Assembly (NCBI GenBank): GCA_002383695.1
Contig: DFZX01000087.1
Location: 1-64,000, forward strand
Origin: Bacillales bacterium UBA4045
GTDB lineage: Bacteria; Bacillota; Bacilli; Paenibacillales; UBA4045
DNA: 64,000 nt
Direction: 5' to 3'
Below the pieces are notes generated by a model. That model saw only the letters and a program-made list of their open reading frames with translations. It did not search any database and was not told the DNA's origin. Positions within the stretch are counted from its first letter, which is position 1, and each line of letters opens with the position of its first letter. Positions 1 through 9,443 of this stretch are shown here, piece after piece. A program made the translations under genes and the position numbers.

Positions 1-24
1 CTACGCGCCATGCGTGGCGCACAT

Positions 25-63
25 GAAAAATAAGCGTCATGCCTAATGTGGCATGACGCTTAT
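25..63 (-). terminator. Rho-independent terminator. A perfect 14-bp inverted repeat (30-43 and 50-63) is followed by a U-run on the minus-strand transcript, downstream of the CDS at 79..1014. A second short GC palindrome lies at 5-20.
   Basis: Inverted repeat ataagcgtcatgcc/ggcatgacgcttat is seen directly. The preceding A5 on the plus strand gives a U-tail on the minus strand. Confidence 0.6.
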
Positions 64-78
64 TCACACGAAATTTAT

Positions 79-1014
79 TTAACCTTCGTATTCTAAGAAA
101 GGATCTGGAATTTCTATCCGATAGGCTTCTGCATCACTTACACCTACAGAAAGCTCGGCTCTTCCATTAGCCTTTCTAATTATTCCTCCACTGAATATCA
201 CATCTTCCAATTCAGGTCTCTTCTCAGGTCCATCCGGAAAGTCATTCCTAACAGCAATAATCTTGATTGGTGTAGTCTGTAATGTCTCAGGGTTGAGCGA
301 GAAAACCATGGAATAATAATGCTTATGCATACGTGAATCAAAGCTTGCTATGTGTCCAAGAACGCCAATGCAGCCATTGTTTAGTAGGTGAGCCTCATTA
401 GCTCCTCCCCATTCCTCTGGTACAAATTGTCCCTTAATGATTTCCGCGTTATTGAAAGTTATTTCATTTAATTGATCTAAGGTATCGATGATTGTAAATC
501 CAATCTGACCTCTACCTCCTTTTACTCCTTGTGGCCTAGTTAACACACCAATTCGTCGATCAGCAAGCTCGATCAAACGGATATCCTTCATCGTACCTGG
601 ACCGGAGGCGAAATAGCGTAGAGAATCAATATTCATACCCCGATAAAACTGCGTCCTCCACGAAACAATTTTGTTGGGGTTATTGATATCTGTAATAATT
701 TCAACACCACCAAATATGAGTTCGCCGGCTATTCTTGTTACAAAAGGATCCTGTAAATTATACGTTTGAGTATGCTCTCTCGGCGACCAGATTTTTTCAT
801 CCTGTATGTCTTTCGTGAAGAAAAAAACCTGCGAAAATTCACTGTCACGTTCTTCTACGCGACCAACAACAAATTGTTCTTTCTTATCCTCGAAAGGAGC
901 GGATATATTATATACATCACGATTACCAACACCAGTAAAGTTATACTTTTCAACGATTTTCGCATGACCACTTCTATGAAATTGTTCTAGTAACTCTCTG
1001 CTTGTTTTCGTCAT
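79..1014 (-). CDS. Putative glycoside hydrolase/phosphorylase-like beta-propeller protein (DUF1861 / GH130-like fold). Transcribed divergently from the GT4 operon.
   Basis: 311-aa ORF with a repeated blade-like G/V-rich motif pattern. No signal peptide. Family assignment is from memory of DUF1861/GH130-like proteins and is uncertain. Confidence 0.45.
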   Translation of the reverse strand: MTKTSRELLEQFHRSGHAKIVEKYNFTGVGNRDVYNISAPFEDKKEQFVVGRVEERDSEFSQVFFFTKDIQDEKIWSPREHTQTYNLQDPFVTRIAGELIFGGVEIITDINNPNKIVSWRTQFYRGMNIDSLRYFASGPGTMKDIRLIELADRRIGVLTRPQGVKGGRGQIGFTIIDTLDQLNEITFNNAEIIKGQFVPEEWGGANEAHLLNNGCIGVLGHIASFDSRMHKHYYSMVFSLNPETLQTTPIKIIAVRNDFPDGPEKRPELEDVIFSGGIIRKANGRAELSVGVSDAEAYRIEIPDPFLEYEG

Positions 1015-1210
1015 ATATTTAATGAACTCCTTCTATAAAACTTTTTTACAGCATAGCTTGTATAGATGCATATAGTCAAACCTATATCATCTTTATCTAA
1101 ATATGATTCAACAATCCGTTGATGTGGTTATTAATATCCTAGTGAATATATGAAAAAGCAACAAGGATTTGACATTTCAAATGGAATTAATTCAATTAGG
1201 AGGCTACGTT

Positions 1211-2392
1211 ATGACGGTGAATTTAAACAAAAGGAATATTGCATTTCTAGGAACAAGCTTACCCCGAGAATGTGGCATAGCGACATTTACACATGACTTA
1301 ATTGATGGTTTTGAACATCTAGGTGATTTTAATATACCACGAATAATAGCTGTTAATAACGGTGCAACTTATTCATATTCTGAGCAAGTCTTCATTCAGA
1401 TCGAGCAACAGAATAGAGATGATTACGCGAAAGCTGCTGTAGCGATTAATGCTTCTGATATCGACTTACTTATCATCCAGCATGAATTTGGGATTTACGG
1501 AGGTGAAAGCGGGGAATATCTCATCGATTTTGTCGAGGCACTTCGTATTCCGTATATGATCACATTCCATACCGTCTTAAAGACACCTTCTACCAAGCAG
1601 CTATATCTGATGACCAGACTGGGTGAGTTAAGCGTAAAGGTTGTCACAATGGCACAGAACACGGTTATGGATTTATTCGCCATTTACGGTATCCCTTCTT
1701 ATAAGATTGAAGTTATCCATCATGGTGTTCCAAAGATAAAGACCAAATCAAGGGAACAGTTAAAAGCCCAATATGGATATTCCAATCGACAAATCATTTC
1801 AACCTTTGGATTTTTAAGCCCCGGCAAGGGTATTGAATATGGCATTGAGGCTATGAAGCGGATTGTAGCCAAGCATCCTGATGCCTTATATATCATCTTC
1901 GGTAAAACCCATCCTGTAGTCAAACAAGAGTCGGGTGAAGTCTATCGTGATTCACTGGTTAGCCTAATTAATAAACTTAACCTGAATGAGCATGTCTTAT
2001 TTGTCGATAAGCTGTTAACCTCAGAAGAGATCATTCAATCCTTAGTCATGTCTGACATCTATATGACCCCTTATTTGGGCAAAGATCAAGCTGTAAGTGG
2101 CACTTTAGCTTTCGGCATTGGTTATGGTCGTGTTGTTGTGTCTACACCGTATCTATATGCCCAAGAAATGCTAGCAGATGGTCGAGGATTACTTGCTAAT
2201 TTCCGTGATTCTGATTCCTTAGCTGCTTGTATGTTTGAATTATTGAGCAATCCGACTAAGAAGCAGGAAATGGAAGCTCTTACTCTAGAGCTTGGTCAAA
2301 CCATGATGTGGGGCGAAATTGCGACACAGTATGCAACAGAAATTCGTAAGCTTATACATTCGTATCATTATTCAGCAAGGAGTGTCATTTAA
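1211..2392 (+). CDS. GT4-family (group 1) glycosyltransferase
   Basis: GT-B/GT4-like C-terminal motifs (EGFGI-like 'FGIGYGRVVVSTP', 'E..ADGRGLL'). The start is placed at the ATG at 1211, preceded by AGGAGG; the track ORF begins at 1169. It overlaps the next gene by TAATG. Confidence 0.75.
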   Translation: MTVNLNKRNIAFLGTSLPRECGIATFTHDLIDGFEHLGDFNIPRIIAVNNGATYSYSEQVFIQIEQQNRDDYAKAAVAINASDIDLLIIQHEFGIYGGESGEYLIDFVEALRIPYMITFHTVLKTPSTKQLYLMTRLGELSVKVVTMAQNTVMDLFAIYGIPSYKIEVIHHGVPKIKTKSREQLKAQYGYSNRQIISTFGFLSPGKGIEYGIEAMKRIVAKHPDALYIIFGKTHPVVKQESGEVYRDSLVSLINKLNLNEHVLFVDKLLTSEEIIQSLVMSDIYMTPYLGKDQAVSGTLAFGIGYGRVVVSTPYLYAQEMLADGRGLLANFRDSDSLAACMFELLSNPTKKQEMEALTLELGQTMMWGEIATQYATEIRKLIHSYHYSARSVI

Positions 2393-3498
2393 TGGGCCTA
2401 CACTTAATGAGAGCTTTAAAAACCGATTATTTACAGGGCCTTACGGATGATACGGGTATCTTCCAACATACCAAATTTGGTATTCCTGATCGAAGCAAAG
2501 GATATACTACCGATGATAACGCGAGAGCCCTAATTGCAGCTGTTATGCTTTATAGTAATGATAAGGACCCTAAGTCACTTGAGCTTATCGGTACTTATCT
2601 TGCTTTTGTATATCATGCACAGAATGAGGATGGTAGCTTCAGAAACTTCATGGACTATAATCGATTATTTATTGAGGATGTTGGCTCGGAGGATTGTTTG
2701 GGTCGTTGTATATGGGCTCTTGGATTTACAGTCTCTCAAGCCTCAGTACCAGAGAATTTGAAGAACACCTGCAGATATATGTTAAATCAATGTTTACCAC
2801 ATGTGAATACACTCATATCACCTCGTGCTCAATCTTACACCGTCGTTGGTCTTAGCTATTTATTAGAGGAGGAAACAGTCCTCCCTTATGTCTTCCCTTA
2901 TTCATCCAATGTAATTGATCCTGAAGCGGCTGACTTTCTACCCGAGGAATTAATCAAAGTTAGCATGGATTGGCTTGCGACTAGTCTCCACAATCAATAC
3001 GTCAACAATAAAGGTCTAGATTGGCATTGGTATGAAGATAGTCTTACTTATGGTAATGCCATGTTACCTTGGGCCTTACTCCGGGCATATCGAATTACGA
3101 ATAAGAGTGAATTTCAAGAAACAGCTAGGGAAAGCCTAGATTTCCTAACGGCCAAGACATTTACCGAGGAAGGTTACTTTAAGCCGATCGGAAGTCATGG
3201 ATGGCTGCTACGTGATGGTACTGCTGCTCCCTATGACGAACAACCCATTGAAGCCTGTGAGATGCTCTTAGCATGTCGTGAAGCTTATGAGGTTATTGGA
3301 GATACCGCCTATATTGCACTTTCCATCCATTGTTATGAATGGTACTTAGGAAGAAATTCTCTACAGGTACCATTAATTAATGCTGAGACTGGTGGATGTT
3401 ATGATGGCATTCATGCAAAGGGCTTGAATATGAATCAGGGTTCAGAAAGTGTGATCTCCTACTCTATTGCTCACTTGGTGGTGATGAAATATGAATAA
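2392..3498 (+). CDS. Glycoside hydrolase-like (alpha/alpha)6-barrel protein (GDE_C / GH63 / GH100-like). Possibly a mannosyl- or glucosyl-compound hydrolase.
   Basis: 368 aa. Aromatic-rich helical repeats (WALGF, WHWYED, YGNAMLPWALL) are typical of six-hairpin glycosidases. Translationally coupled to its neighbours on both sides. Confidence 0.45.
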   Translation: MGLHLMRALKTDYLQGLTDDTGIFQHTKFGIPDRSKGYTTDDNARALIAAVMLYSNDKDPKSLELIGTYLAFVYHAQNEDGSFRNFMDYNRLFIEDVGSEDCLGRCIWALGFTVSQASVPENLKNTCRYMLNQCLPHVNTLISPRAQSYTVVGLSYLLEEETVLPYVFPYSSNVIDPEAADFLPEELIKVSMDWLATSLHNQYVNNKGLDWHWYEDSLTYGNAMLPWALLRAYRITNKSEFQETARESLDFLTAKTFTEEGYFKPIGSHGWLLRDGTAAPYDEQPIEACEMLLACREAYEVIGDTAYIALSIHCYEWYLGRNSLQVPLINAETGGCYDGIHAKGLNMNQGSESVISYSIAHLVVMKYE

Positions 3499-4570
3499 AT
3501 TTGCAACGATACTCGCAGGTGGCGGTGGAACTCGATTCTGGCCCTTATCCCGACAAGAAACACCTAAACAGCTTCTAAATTTAAGTGGAAATGACATTAT
3601 GCTTAACGATACGATTCAACGTTTCGAAGGTGTTATTCCCATGGAGAATACCGTCATTGTAACCAATCAATCTCAGGCTACATTACTTGAAAGTATGATG
3701 CTAAGCTGTGTTCAGCATAGTAATATTCTAATTGAGCCAGTAGCTAAGAATACAGCAGCAAGTATTCTATACGCTGCCTTATTCATTGAGAAATGTCATG
3801 GTAACTCAATCATGGTCGTCTTACCATCTGATCATCATATTACGGACGTACCGAATTTTAAGAAAACATTGGATAAAGCTTGTACTATAGCCATAGAAAC
3901 TGAAAGAATTGTCACTATTGGTATTAAACCTACATTTGCCTCAACAGGGTATGGGTATATTTCATACGATCAAGCACCTATTCTTCATGATCCATGTCCT
4001 GCATTTGAGGTATCTGAATTCGTTGAGAAGCCTAACTTTAAGAAAGCTCAAAATTATTTCAATTCAGGCGAATATTTATGGAATAGCGGTATGTTTGTAT
4101 GGACTACCTCTGTTATTATAGAAAGCTTTAAGCGATATCTACCCCGTCTTTATAAAACCATGCTTCCTATTTATGATCACCTCGGTACAGATAGGCAGAA
4201 TGAAGTCATCACGGAGATCTATCCACAGTTACAGAACATATCTATAGATTATGGAATTCTTGAACGAAGTGATGAGGTCGTTATTATCCCGGGTGATTTC
4301 GGATGGAACGATATTGGGAGCTGGGATGCGCTCGGATCCATCTTCCCACCGGATGAATTGGGGAATATCGTTAAGGCTAATCATATGGGGATTGATACGA
4401 TAAACTCCATTATATATGGAAATGGCAGATTAATCACGACAATAGGTATTGATGGATTAATTATTGCTGACACTGAGGATGCTCTACTAATTTGTCCGAA
4501 GGACAAAGCACAGAGCGTTAAAGATATTGTGAAAATGCTTAAAGAGAATGAAATGACAGAGTTTATATAA
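3491..4570 (+). CDS. Mannose-1-phosphate guanylyltransferase (GDP-mannose pyrophosphorylase) family, nucleotidyltransferase domain only
   Basis: N-terminal 'ILAGGGGTRFWPLS' sugar-nucleotidyltransferase motif. 359 aa with no C-terminal cupin. The start overlaps the upstream stop by 8 nt (ATGAATAA). Confidence 0.8.
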   Translation: MNKFATILAGGGGTRFWPLSRQETPKQLLNLSGNDIMLNDTIQRFEGVIPMENTVIVTNQSQATLLESMMLSCVQHSNILIEPVAKNTAASILYAALFIEKCHGNSIMVVLPSDHHITDVPNFKKTLDKACTIAIETERIVTIGIKPTFASTGYGYISYDQAPILHDPCPAFEVSEFVEKPNFKKAQNYFNSGEYLWNSGMFVWTTSVIIESFKRYLPRLYKTMLPIYDHLGTDRQNEVITEIYPQLQNISIDYGILERSDEVVIIPGDFGWNDIGSWDALGSIFPPDELGNIVKANHMGIDTINSIIYGNGRLITTIGIDGLIIADTEDALLICPKDKAQSVKDIVKMLKENEMTEFI

Positions 4571-4591
4571 CAAACTGATATGCCATATTCT

Positions 4592-4622
4592 AGAAGGAGA
4601 TCTTTGACGATCTCCTTCTTTA
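4592..4622. terminator. Bidirectional hairpin terminator between convergent genes
   Basis: agaaggagatc (4592-4602) pairs with gatctccttct (4609-4619), followed by a T-rich tract. Confidence 0.55.
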
Positions 4623-4631
4623 CTCATTCCA

Positions 4632-5294
4632 TTACTCTGGCCTCGTATTCACTTCAAAAATCCAAATCTTGCCCTGCTGATCTACTCCGAAATCAAAGCC
4701 TAGTGAACCAATTCCCGGATATTCTTTTTCAAGCAATTGAGTTGAAGTCCTCGCTACACCAGTCATCGTCCTCTTCTTTAATCTGGCTATTGTTGATGGG
4801 TATGTGCTTCTAAGAGCAACGCTACCCTTCAGCATGCTACCACCTCTACATAAGTTTGTTACGAATTGTCCTGTTCGTGCCACCCTTGCTACAACGGCAG
4901 TGATCTTCCATCTATCGCGCTCCTTTACCATCTTTACCCGATAATCAACGGGATTCCCATCAATCGTTACCAAGCGAATTCCCTTTTGAAGCATATATTT
5001 ACGCCCCCTTCGAATACGATTCAAACGAGTAATAAGCTTATTCCATGATGTTATCTTCTTATTGCTCATTCGTGAATGTAAATGGTACACTTTTTTATTC
5101 TGCATCACTATTTTCACAACACCTTTGCCACCTGCTCCTACTAATGGTTTAGCGACTACAAATTTGTAACGAATGAGCATTTGTCGCAGATTTTCTTCAT
5201 TGTATGGCAGCATGGGTATAATATGTCGGGAAACTCCAAGATGACGTTGTAGCACATCAAACTTAATCCATTTGTCCGCAACCTGTCTCATCAC
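4632..5294 (-). CDS. ATP-grasp domain protein (YheC/YheD-like), apparently only the C-terminal ATP-binding domain
   Basis: 220 aa carrying 'KPLVGAGGKGVVKI' and a C-terminal 'IWIFEVNTRPE' ATP-grasp signature. There is no room for an N-terminal domain before the divergent patB. Confidence 0.55.
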   Translation of the reverse strand: MMRQVADKWIKFDVLQRHLGVSRHIIPMLPYNEENLRQMLIRYKFVVAKPLVGAGGKGVVKIVMQNKKVYHLHSRMSNKKITSWNKLITRLNRIRRGRKYMLQKGIRLVTIDGNPVDYRVKMVKERDRWKITAVVARVARTGQFVTNLCRGGSMLKGSVALRSTYPSTIARLKKRTMTGVARTSTQLLEKEYPGIGSLGFDFGVDQQGKIWIFEVNTRPE

Positions 5295-5421
5295 ATGCCT
5301 CCTGAGGATCGGAATATGATTAGTGTATTCAATCTCCCATGACTCTACCTAGACGCTTGACCCATTTTACAAGTATAATAAGCAGAATTAGTATGAATAA
5401 ATATAAAGGAGTATTAAGAAA

Positions 5422-6597
5422 ATGACCTTTAACTTTGATAGAATTATGGATAGAAGCAACACTCAATCCTATAAGTGGGATCAATCGGAGAAGTTATTCG
5501 GTAATAAGAATGTCCTCCCCCTATGGGTTGCAGATATGGATTTCGAAAGTCCGCCCGCTGTTCAATTGGCTTTACAGCACCGCGTATCCCAAGGGATATA
5601 TGGCTATACGATTAAGAGCGAAGCATATACAGCGGCGATCATACATTGGTTTAAGCGAAGGCATCAATGGGAGATTAAACCACAATGGTTAACGGATTCT
5701 CCTGGCATTGTCACCTCACTTAGTATGGCTGTTGATTTATATAGTGAGCCTGGAAGCTCAGTCATCATACAATCTCCAGTTTATTACCCATTCTTTGATG
5801 TGATTCGAATGAATAATCGTCAGGTAGCCATCAATCCTCTAGTCATCCGTAATGGTCGATATGAGATGGATTTTGATCAATTGGAACAGCTTATGAAAAA
5901 CGGCTCTAAGCTGCTCTTACTATGTAGTCCTCATAATCCCGGTGGAAGAGTATGGGAACGTATTGAGCTTCTCCAATTAGGTGCACTATGTATTCAATAT
6001 GGAGTTAAGGTAGTTTCAGATGAAATACATTGTGATCTCATCCTACCGGGTCATCAGCATACGCCATTCGCATCACTATCCGATGAAATTGCTGATCTTA
6101 CGATTACTTGCCTAGCTCCGACGAAGACATTCAACCTTCCTGGACTTCAATCTTCGTTCATCGTAGCCTCTAATTCCGAAATCAAGAGAAAATTTGATTA
6201 TCGTTTAAAAACGCTAAGCTTACATATGGCTCATTATCTAGCTCAAGATGCTGTAAAAGCTGCATATGATGAGGGTGAAGAGTGGTTAGATGAACTACTC
6301 GTTTATTTAGAAGGAAACGTTGAATTAACTATTGCCTACTTAGCCCAGCATCTGCCACAAGTACAGGTAATGAAGCCTGATGGAACTTATATGATCTGGA
6401 TGGATTGTAGAGGATTGGGTTTAGATGTAAGCGGACTGAAGGATCTCATGTTCCATAAAGCCGGTGTTGCCTTTAGTGAGGGTTCCGTATTCGGTACTGA
6501 AGGCCAAGGCTGGTTACGAATTAATCTTGCCTGCCCACGTTCTATTCTACAAGAAGCATTAGAGCGCTTCTGCCAAGCTGCCAAATCAATGCACTAA
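5422..6597 (+). CDS. patB: PatB/MalY-family PLP-dependent C-S lyase (cystathionine beta-lyase type aminotransferase)
   Basis: 391 aa, aminotransferase class I/II fold. Strongly resembles B. subtilis PatB. RBS AAAGGAG upstream. Confidence 0.8.
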   Translation: MTFNFDRIMDRSNTQSYKWDQSEKLFGNKNVLPLWVADMDFESPPAVQLALQHRVSQGIYGYTIKSEAYTAAIIHWFKRRHQWEIKPQWLTDSPGIVTSLSMAVDLYSEPGSSVIIQSPVYYPFFDVIRMNNRQVAINPLVIRNGRYEMDFDQLEQLMKNGSKLLLLCSPHNPGGRVWERIELLQLGALCIQYGVKVVSDEIHCDLILPGHQHTPFASLSDEIADLTITCLAPTKTFNLPGLQSSFIVASNSEIKRKFDYRLKTLSLHMAHYLAQDAVKAAYDEGEEWLDELLVYLEGNVELTIAYLAQHLPQVQVMKPDGTYMIWMDCRGLGLDVSGLKDLMFHKAGVAFSEGSVFGTEGQGWLRINLACPRSILQEALERFCQAAKSMH

Positions 6598-6604
6598 TTG
6601 AACG

Positions 6605-6651
6605 AAGGGGTTGTCTTAAAGTAGATATCATCTACTTTAAGACAACCCCTT
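6605..6651. terminator. Long perfect hairpin (about 22-bp stem) between convergent patB and the TraX-like gene
   Basis: aaggggttgtcttaaagtagat ... atctactttaagacaacccctt. Confidence 0.6.
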
Positions 6652-6687
6652 CTGTATGCTTCACAAATACTTACTCATTCACCGCTC

Positions 6688-7314
6688 TTAAGAGCCTACA
6701 AATAACAACAATGCCAATATCGCTAGATGAGCGGGATAAAAGCTTCTCCACAACCATCTTGGAATTCGAACTTCCTCTATAAATTCTAGGAAGACGGGGA
6801 GATAAACAATAAGAAGGGTAGGTATGATATTATACATCCCAATAACCCAACCATTCACATACATAAAGATGACATTTAATACTAAATGAAGAGGAACTAA
6901 CCCATGCTTGCTAGAATAACGATATACGAGTACAAGGAGCAACCCGTATATACCATAGCTAAAGTTGAAGCCTTCAAGTAATATACCAGCAATTCCTACG
7001 ATCATTAAAGCTTGGAACAACCCCCTATAACGGTCCAAAGCTACGATAACCATTAAAGAGATCAGTAATGAACCCACCACATTCAAACCCCATGTGTCGA
7101 ATACAAGCATATATGGATATTGTGAAACCAAAGCTAGGATTAACAATCGAATCATGTATTTCTTCAAATTTGTCGTATGTCGGTAACCCAACACAATACA
7201 ATAAGCATAGATAGGAAAAGCGACTCGTCCAATAATTTGCCACTCTAGCTGATCGGGGAAGAAAGCTTTCCCCACATGATCAATTAGCATGGTAAGCATG
7301 GCAAGTAACTGCAC
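6688..7314 (-). CDS. TraX-family integral membrane protein
   Basis: 208 aa, multi-pass hydrophobic, N-terminal 'LLAMLTMLIDHVG' typical of the TraX family. Confidence 0.6.
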   Translation of the reverse strand: MQLLAMLTMLIDHVGKAFFPDQLEWQIIGRVAFPIYAYCIVLGYRHTTNLKKYMIRLLILALVSQYPYMLVFDTWGLNVVGSLLISLMVIVALDRYRGLFQALMIVGIAGILLEGFNFSYGIYGLLLVLVYRYSSKHGLVPLHLVLNVIFMYVNGWVIGMYNIIPTLLIVYLPVFLEFIEEVRIPRWLWRSFYPAHLAILALLLFVGS

Positions 7315-7356
7315 AATATCAACCCTTCCTTGACATTTTAATTAATCTCACTAATA

Positions 7357-9318
7357 TTAAACGCCATGAACCAGGTCTGTTGACAATGTTACACCCTTCG
7401 ACAATATATCCTTTACACGCTCCATGACTCTTGCATTTCCATGAAGCTCTTCGCCAAGTATGACAACAATGCCTTGGTCGTCGCTATTCCGTATGAGTCT
7501 CCCTATGCCTTGTCTTAATCGAAGGAGCATGTAGGGTAAATCGACCTCTTCGAATGGATTGTCAGTTACCGAGCGCATTGCTGAGAAGACAGGATCGTTA
7601 GGAGGAAATGGTAATGCCCAAATAATGACATTCGAAAGTGATGGACCTGGAATGTCCAAGCCTTCCCATAAGGTCACAGCACACAGGATACTATGCTCAT
7701 CATTCTGGAATGCAGAAATCAGGTGACTGATCTCTTGATCACCCTCATATAAGATACGAAATGCAGCATATTCTGGATGATGGAAGGATGCTTGTTTGAA
7801 TTGACGCATCTCCTCCTTCGAGGTGAATAGAATTAAAGCACTACCCTTCGTTTGTTGAATAAACGGTATAGCGATCTTCATTTTCTGTTCGAATAATCGT
7901 TCTGATTGAAGAATAGGAGCATGAATCTCCATTTGATGCTGATAGTCATAAGGGGAATCCACTGTGAATGACAAGTGCTGTTGTATGCCTAAGTTATTCG
8001 TTACATATTCGAATGACCCATCAATGGATAAAGTCGCAGATGAGAATACGATCGGCATATTCTGTGAGAACACTCGTTCCTTGAGTACCTCCTTAACCAG
8101 TCTTGGCATGATGACCAAGGTGTGCCCTGTATGATCCTCCAGTAGCCATGAAATTAGCTGATTTGATCGTTGGAAGAGTCCCAGAGCATGCTGTATCATC
8201 TCTAAGTGCTCTTCAACGATACGAAGCTGATAGGCATCTAGTGTATATAGCTCGCCTTCGAATACAATTTCCTCTTCAATCTTCGCTATCAAGTCACTAA
8301 ACCGACTTACCTCTCGTAACAATTCATCATCGTACAAGATTTCCTTACGATCTGAGCCGACTACAGCGATACTTTGACGAGCCAACAGTTCAAATAATCG
8401 TTGACTTTGTGTAATCGCATCTTCTACAGCATAGGCTAATGATTCGCGTACCTCACCTTTTAATAAACGAAGAATGATTTCCTCGAATACGGCTTGCTTA
8501 AGCTTATAAGTAAGTGCCTTCTGGGCAGCAGTTTCTAACAAATGGCCTTCGTCGAATACGACAGAGCTGTGCTCAGGTAACAAGGGCAATTGCCCTTCTC
8601 GCTTTCTAGCGTCATACGTCCACACGTGCTCCATGTAGAAATCATGCGAGCAAATAATGAGATCCGCTGATTTTCGATAGGATTCCCTGGATAACGTCTG
8701 TCCACAACGATGTCTCTTCTCACATACTAGACAATCTTGGAATACATCCCAGCCAATCTTCTCCCACTGCTCATCATTCAAATTCGGATAATCCTTACGG
8801 TCTCCATAAGGGTGGAACGCTTGCAACGCTTCTCTCGAATGAACAAAGCTAGGTAACTGACGGTCGATTTGTTGAAAAACTCCGGCTTCTTCGTCTTTGA
8901 ACTTAGCGATATCCAGCTTCTTGAGACATAGATAATTCTCAGGGGATTTACCTAATCGGGTATCGATAGTTAAGCTCAGATGTCGCGATAGCTTAGCAAT
9001 ATCTCCCTCTGGTTTAACTAATTGCTCGATCAATGATTCATCCGCACAGGCAATAATAGCCGGTCTTCTCATGAACCTGGCATAACAAATACAATAAAGT
9101 AAATATACCAGTGTTTTCCCCGTGCCTACTCCTGCTTCAGCAAAGATAGGTTGTTTATCATTAAATGCACGTTCTAGCTGGAAAGCCATGTATATTTGCT
9201 CATCCCGAACCTCAAAGCCTGCCTCGGGTAATATGTCATAGAATACATCCGCTACCCAATCACTAACTTGAGATGAGAAGGAAATAGCAGGATTATATAC
9301 AAAAGGATACCGTTCCAC
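7357..9318 (-). CDS. ATP-dependent DNA helicase, DinG/Rad3 (XPD) superfamily 2 family (YpvA-like)
   Basis: Walker A 'AGVGTGKTLVYL', DEGH box 'VVFDEGHLL', a Cys cluster (C..C..C) in the insert, and a helicase C-terminal domain. Confidence 0.75.
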   Translation of the reverse strand: MERYPFVYNPAISFSSQVSDWVADVFYDILPEAGFEVRDEQIYMAFQLERAFNDKQPIFAEAGVGTGKTLVYLLYCICYARFMRRPAIIACADESLIEQLVKPEGDIAKLSRHLSLTIDTRLGKSPENYLCLKKLDIAKFKDEEAGVFQQIDRQLPSFVHSREALQAFHPYGDRKDYPNLNDEQWEKIGWDVFQDCLVCEKRHRCGQTLSRESYRKSADLIICSHDFYMEHVWTYDARKREGQLPLLPEHSSVVFDEGHLLETAAQKALTYKLKQAVFEEIILRLLKGEVRESLAYAVEDAITQSQRLFELLARQSIAVVGSDRKEILYDDELLREVSRFSDLIAKIEEEIVFEGELYTLDAYQLRIVEEHLEMIQHALGLFQRSNQLISWLLEDHTGHTLVIMPRLVKEVLKERVFSQNMPIVFSSATLSIDGSFEYVTNNLGIQQHLSFTVDSPYDYQHQMEIHAPILQSERLFEQKMKIAIPFIQQTKGSALILFTSKEEMRQFKQASFHHPEYAAFRILYEGDQEISHLISAFQNDEHSILCAVTLWEGLDIPGPSLSNVIIWALPFPPNDPVFSAMRSVTDNPFEEVDLPYMLLRLRQGIGRLIRNSDDQGIVVILGEELHGNARVMERVKDILSKGVTLSTDLVHGV

Positions 9319-9396
9319 GAATGTTCTGCCTCCAATGAGTGTGTAGCTATCAAAAAAATATCATACCACAAAATCTGAATAATTTCTCTCAAGAAC

Positions 9397-9426
9397 ACGG
9401 AAAAGCCGTTCAAGAATCTGAACGGC
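9397..9426 (-). terminator. floT terminator hairpin
   Basis: gccgttca/tgaacggc inverted repeat with a T-run on the minus-strand transcript. Confidence 0.5.
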
Positions 9427-9443
9427 TCTCGCGTTATAATGAA

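Noticed and set aside
766-990. Small ORFs nested antisense or out of frame inside larger genes, for example 766..990, 1495..1683, 2534..2761, 9622..9873, 10288..10830, 23521..23703, 26078..26464 and 30138..30481
   Set aside because: They are fully embedded in well-supported longer CDSs, have no RBS, and show repetitive low-complexity translations. They are shadow ORFs.
4580-4813. 77-aa + strand ORF between manC and the ATP-grasp gene
   Set aside because: It overlaps the ATP-grasp CDS on the opposite strand and the terminator hairpin. It has no RBS and its composition is that of mirrored coding sequence.
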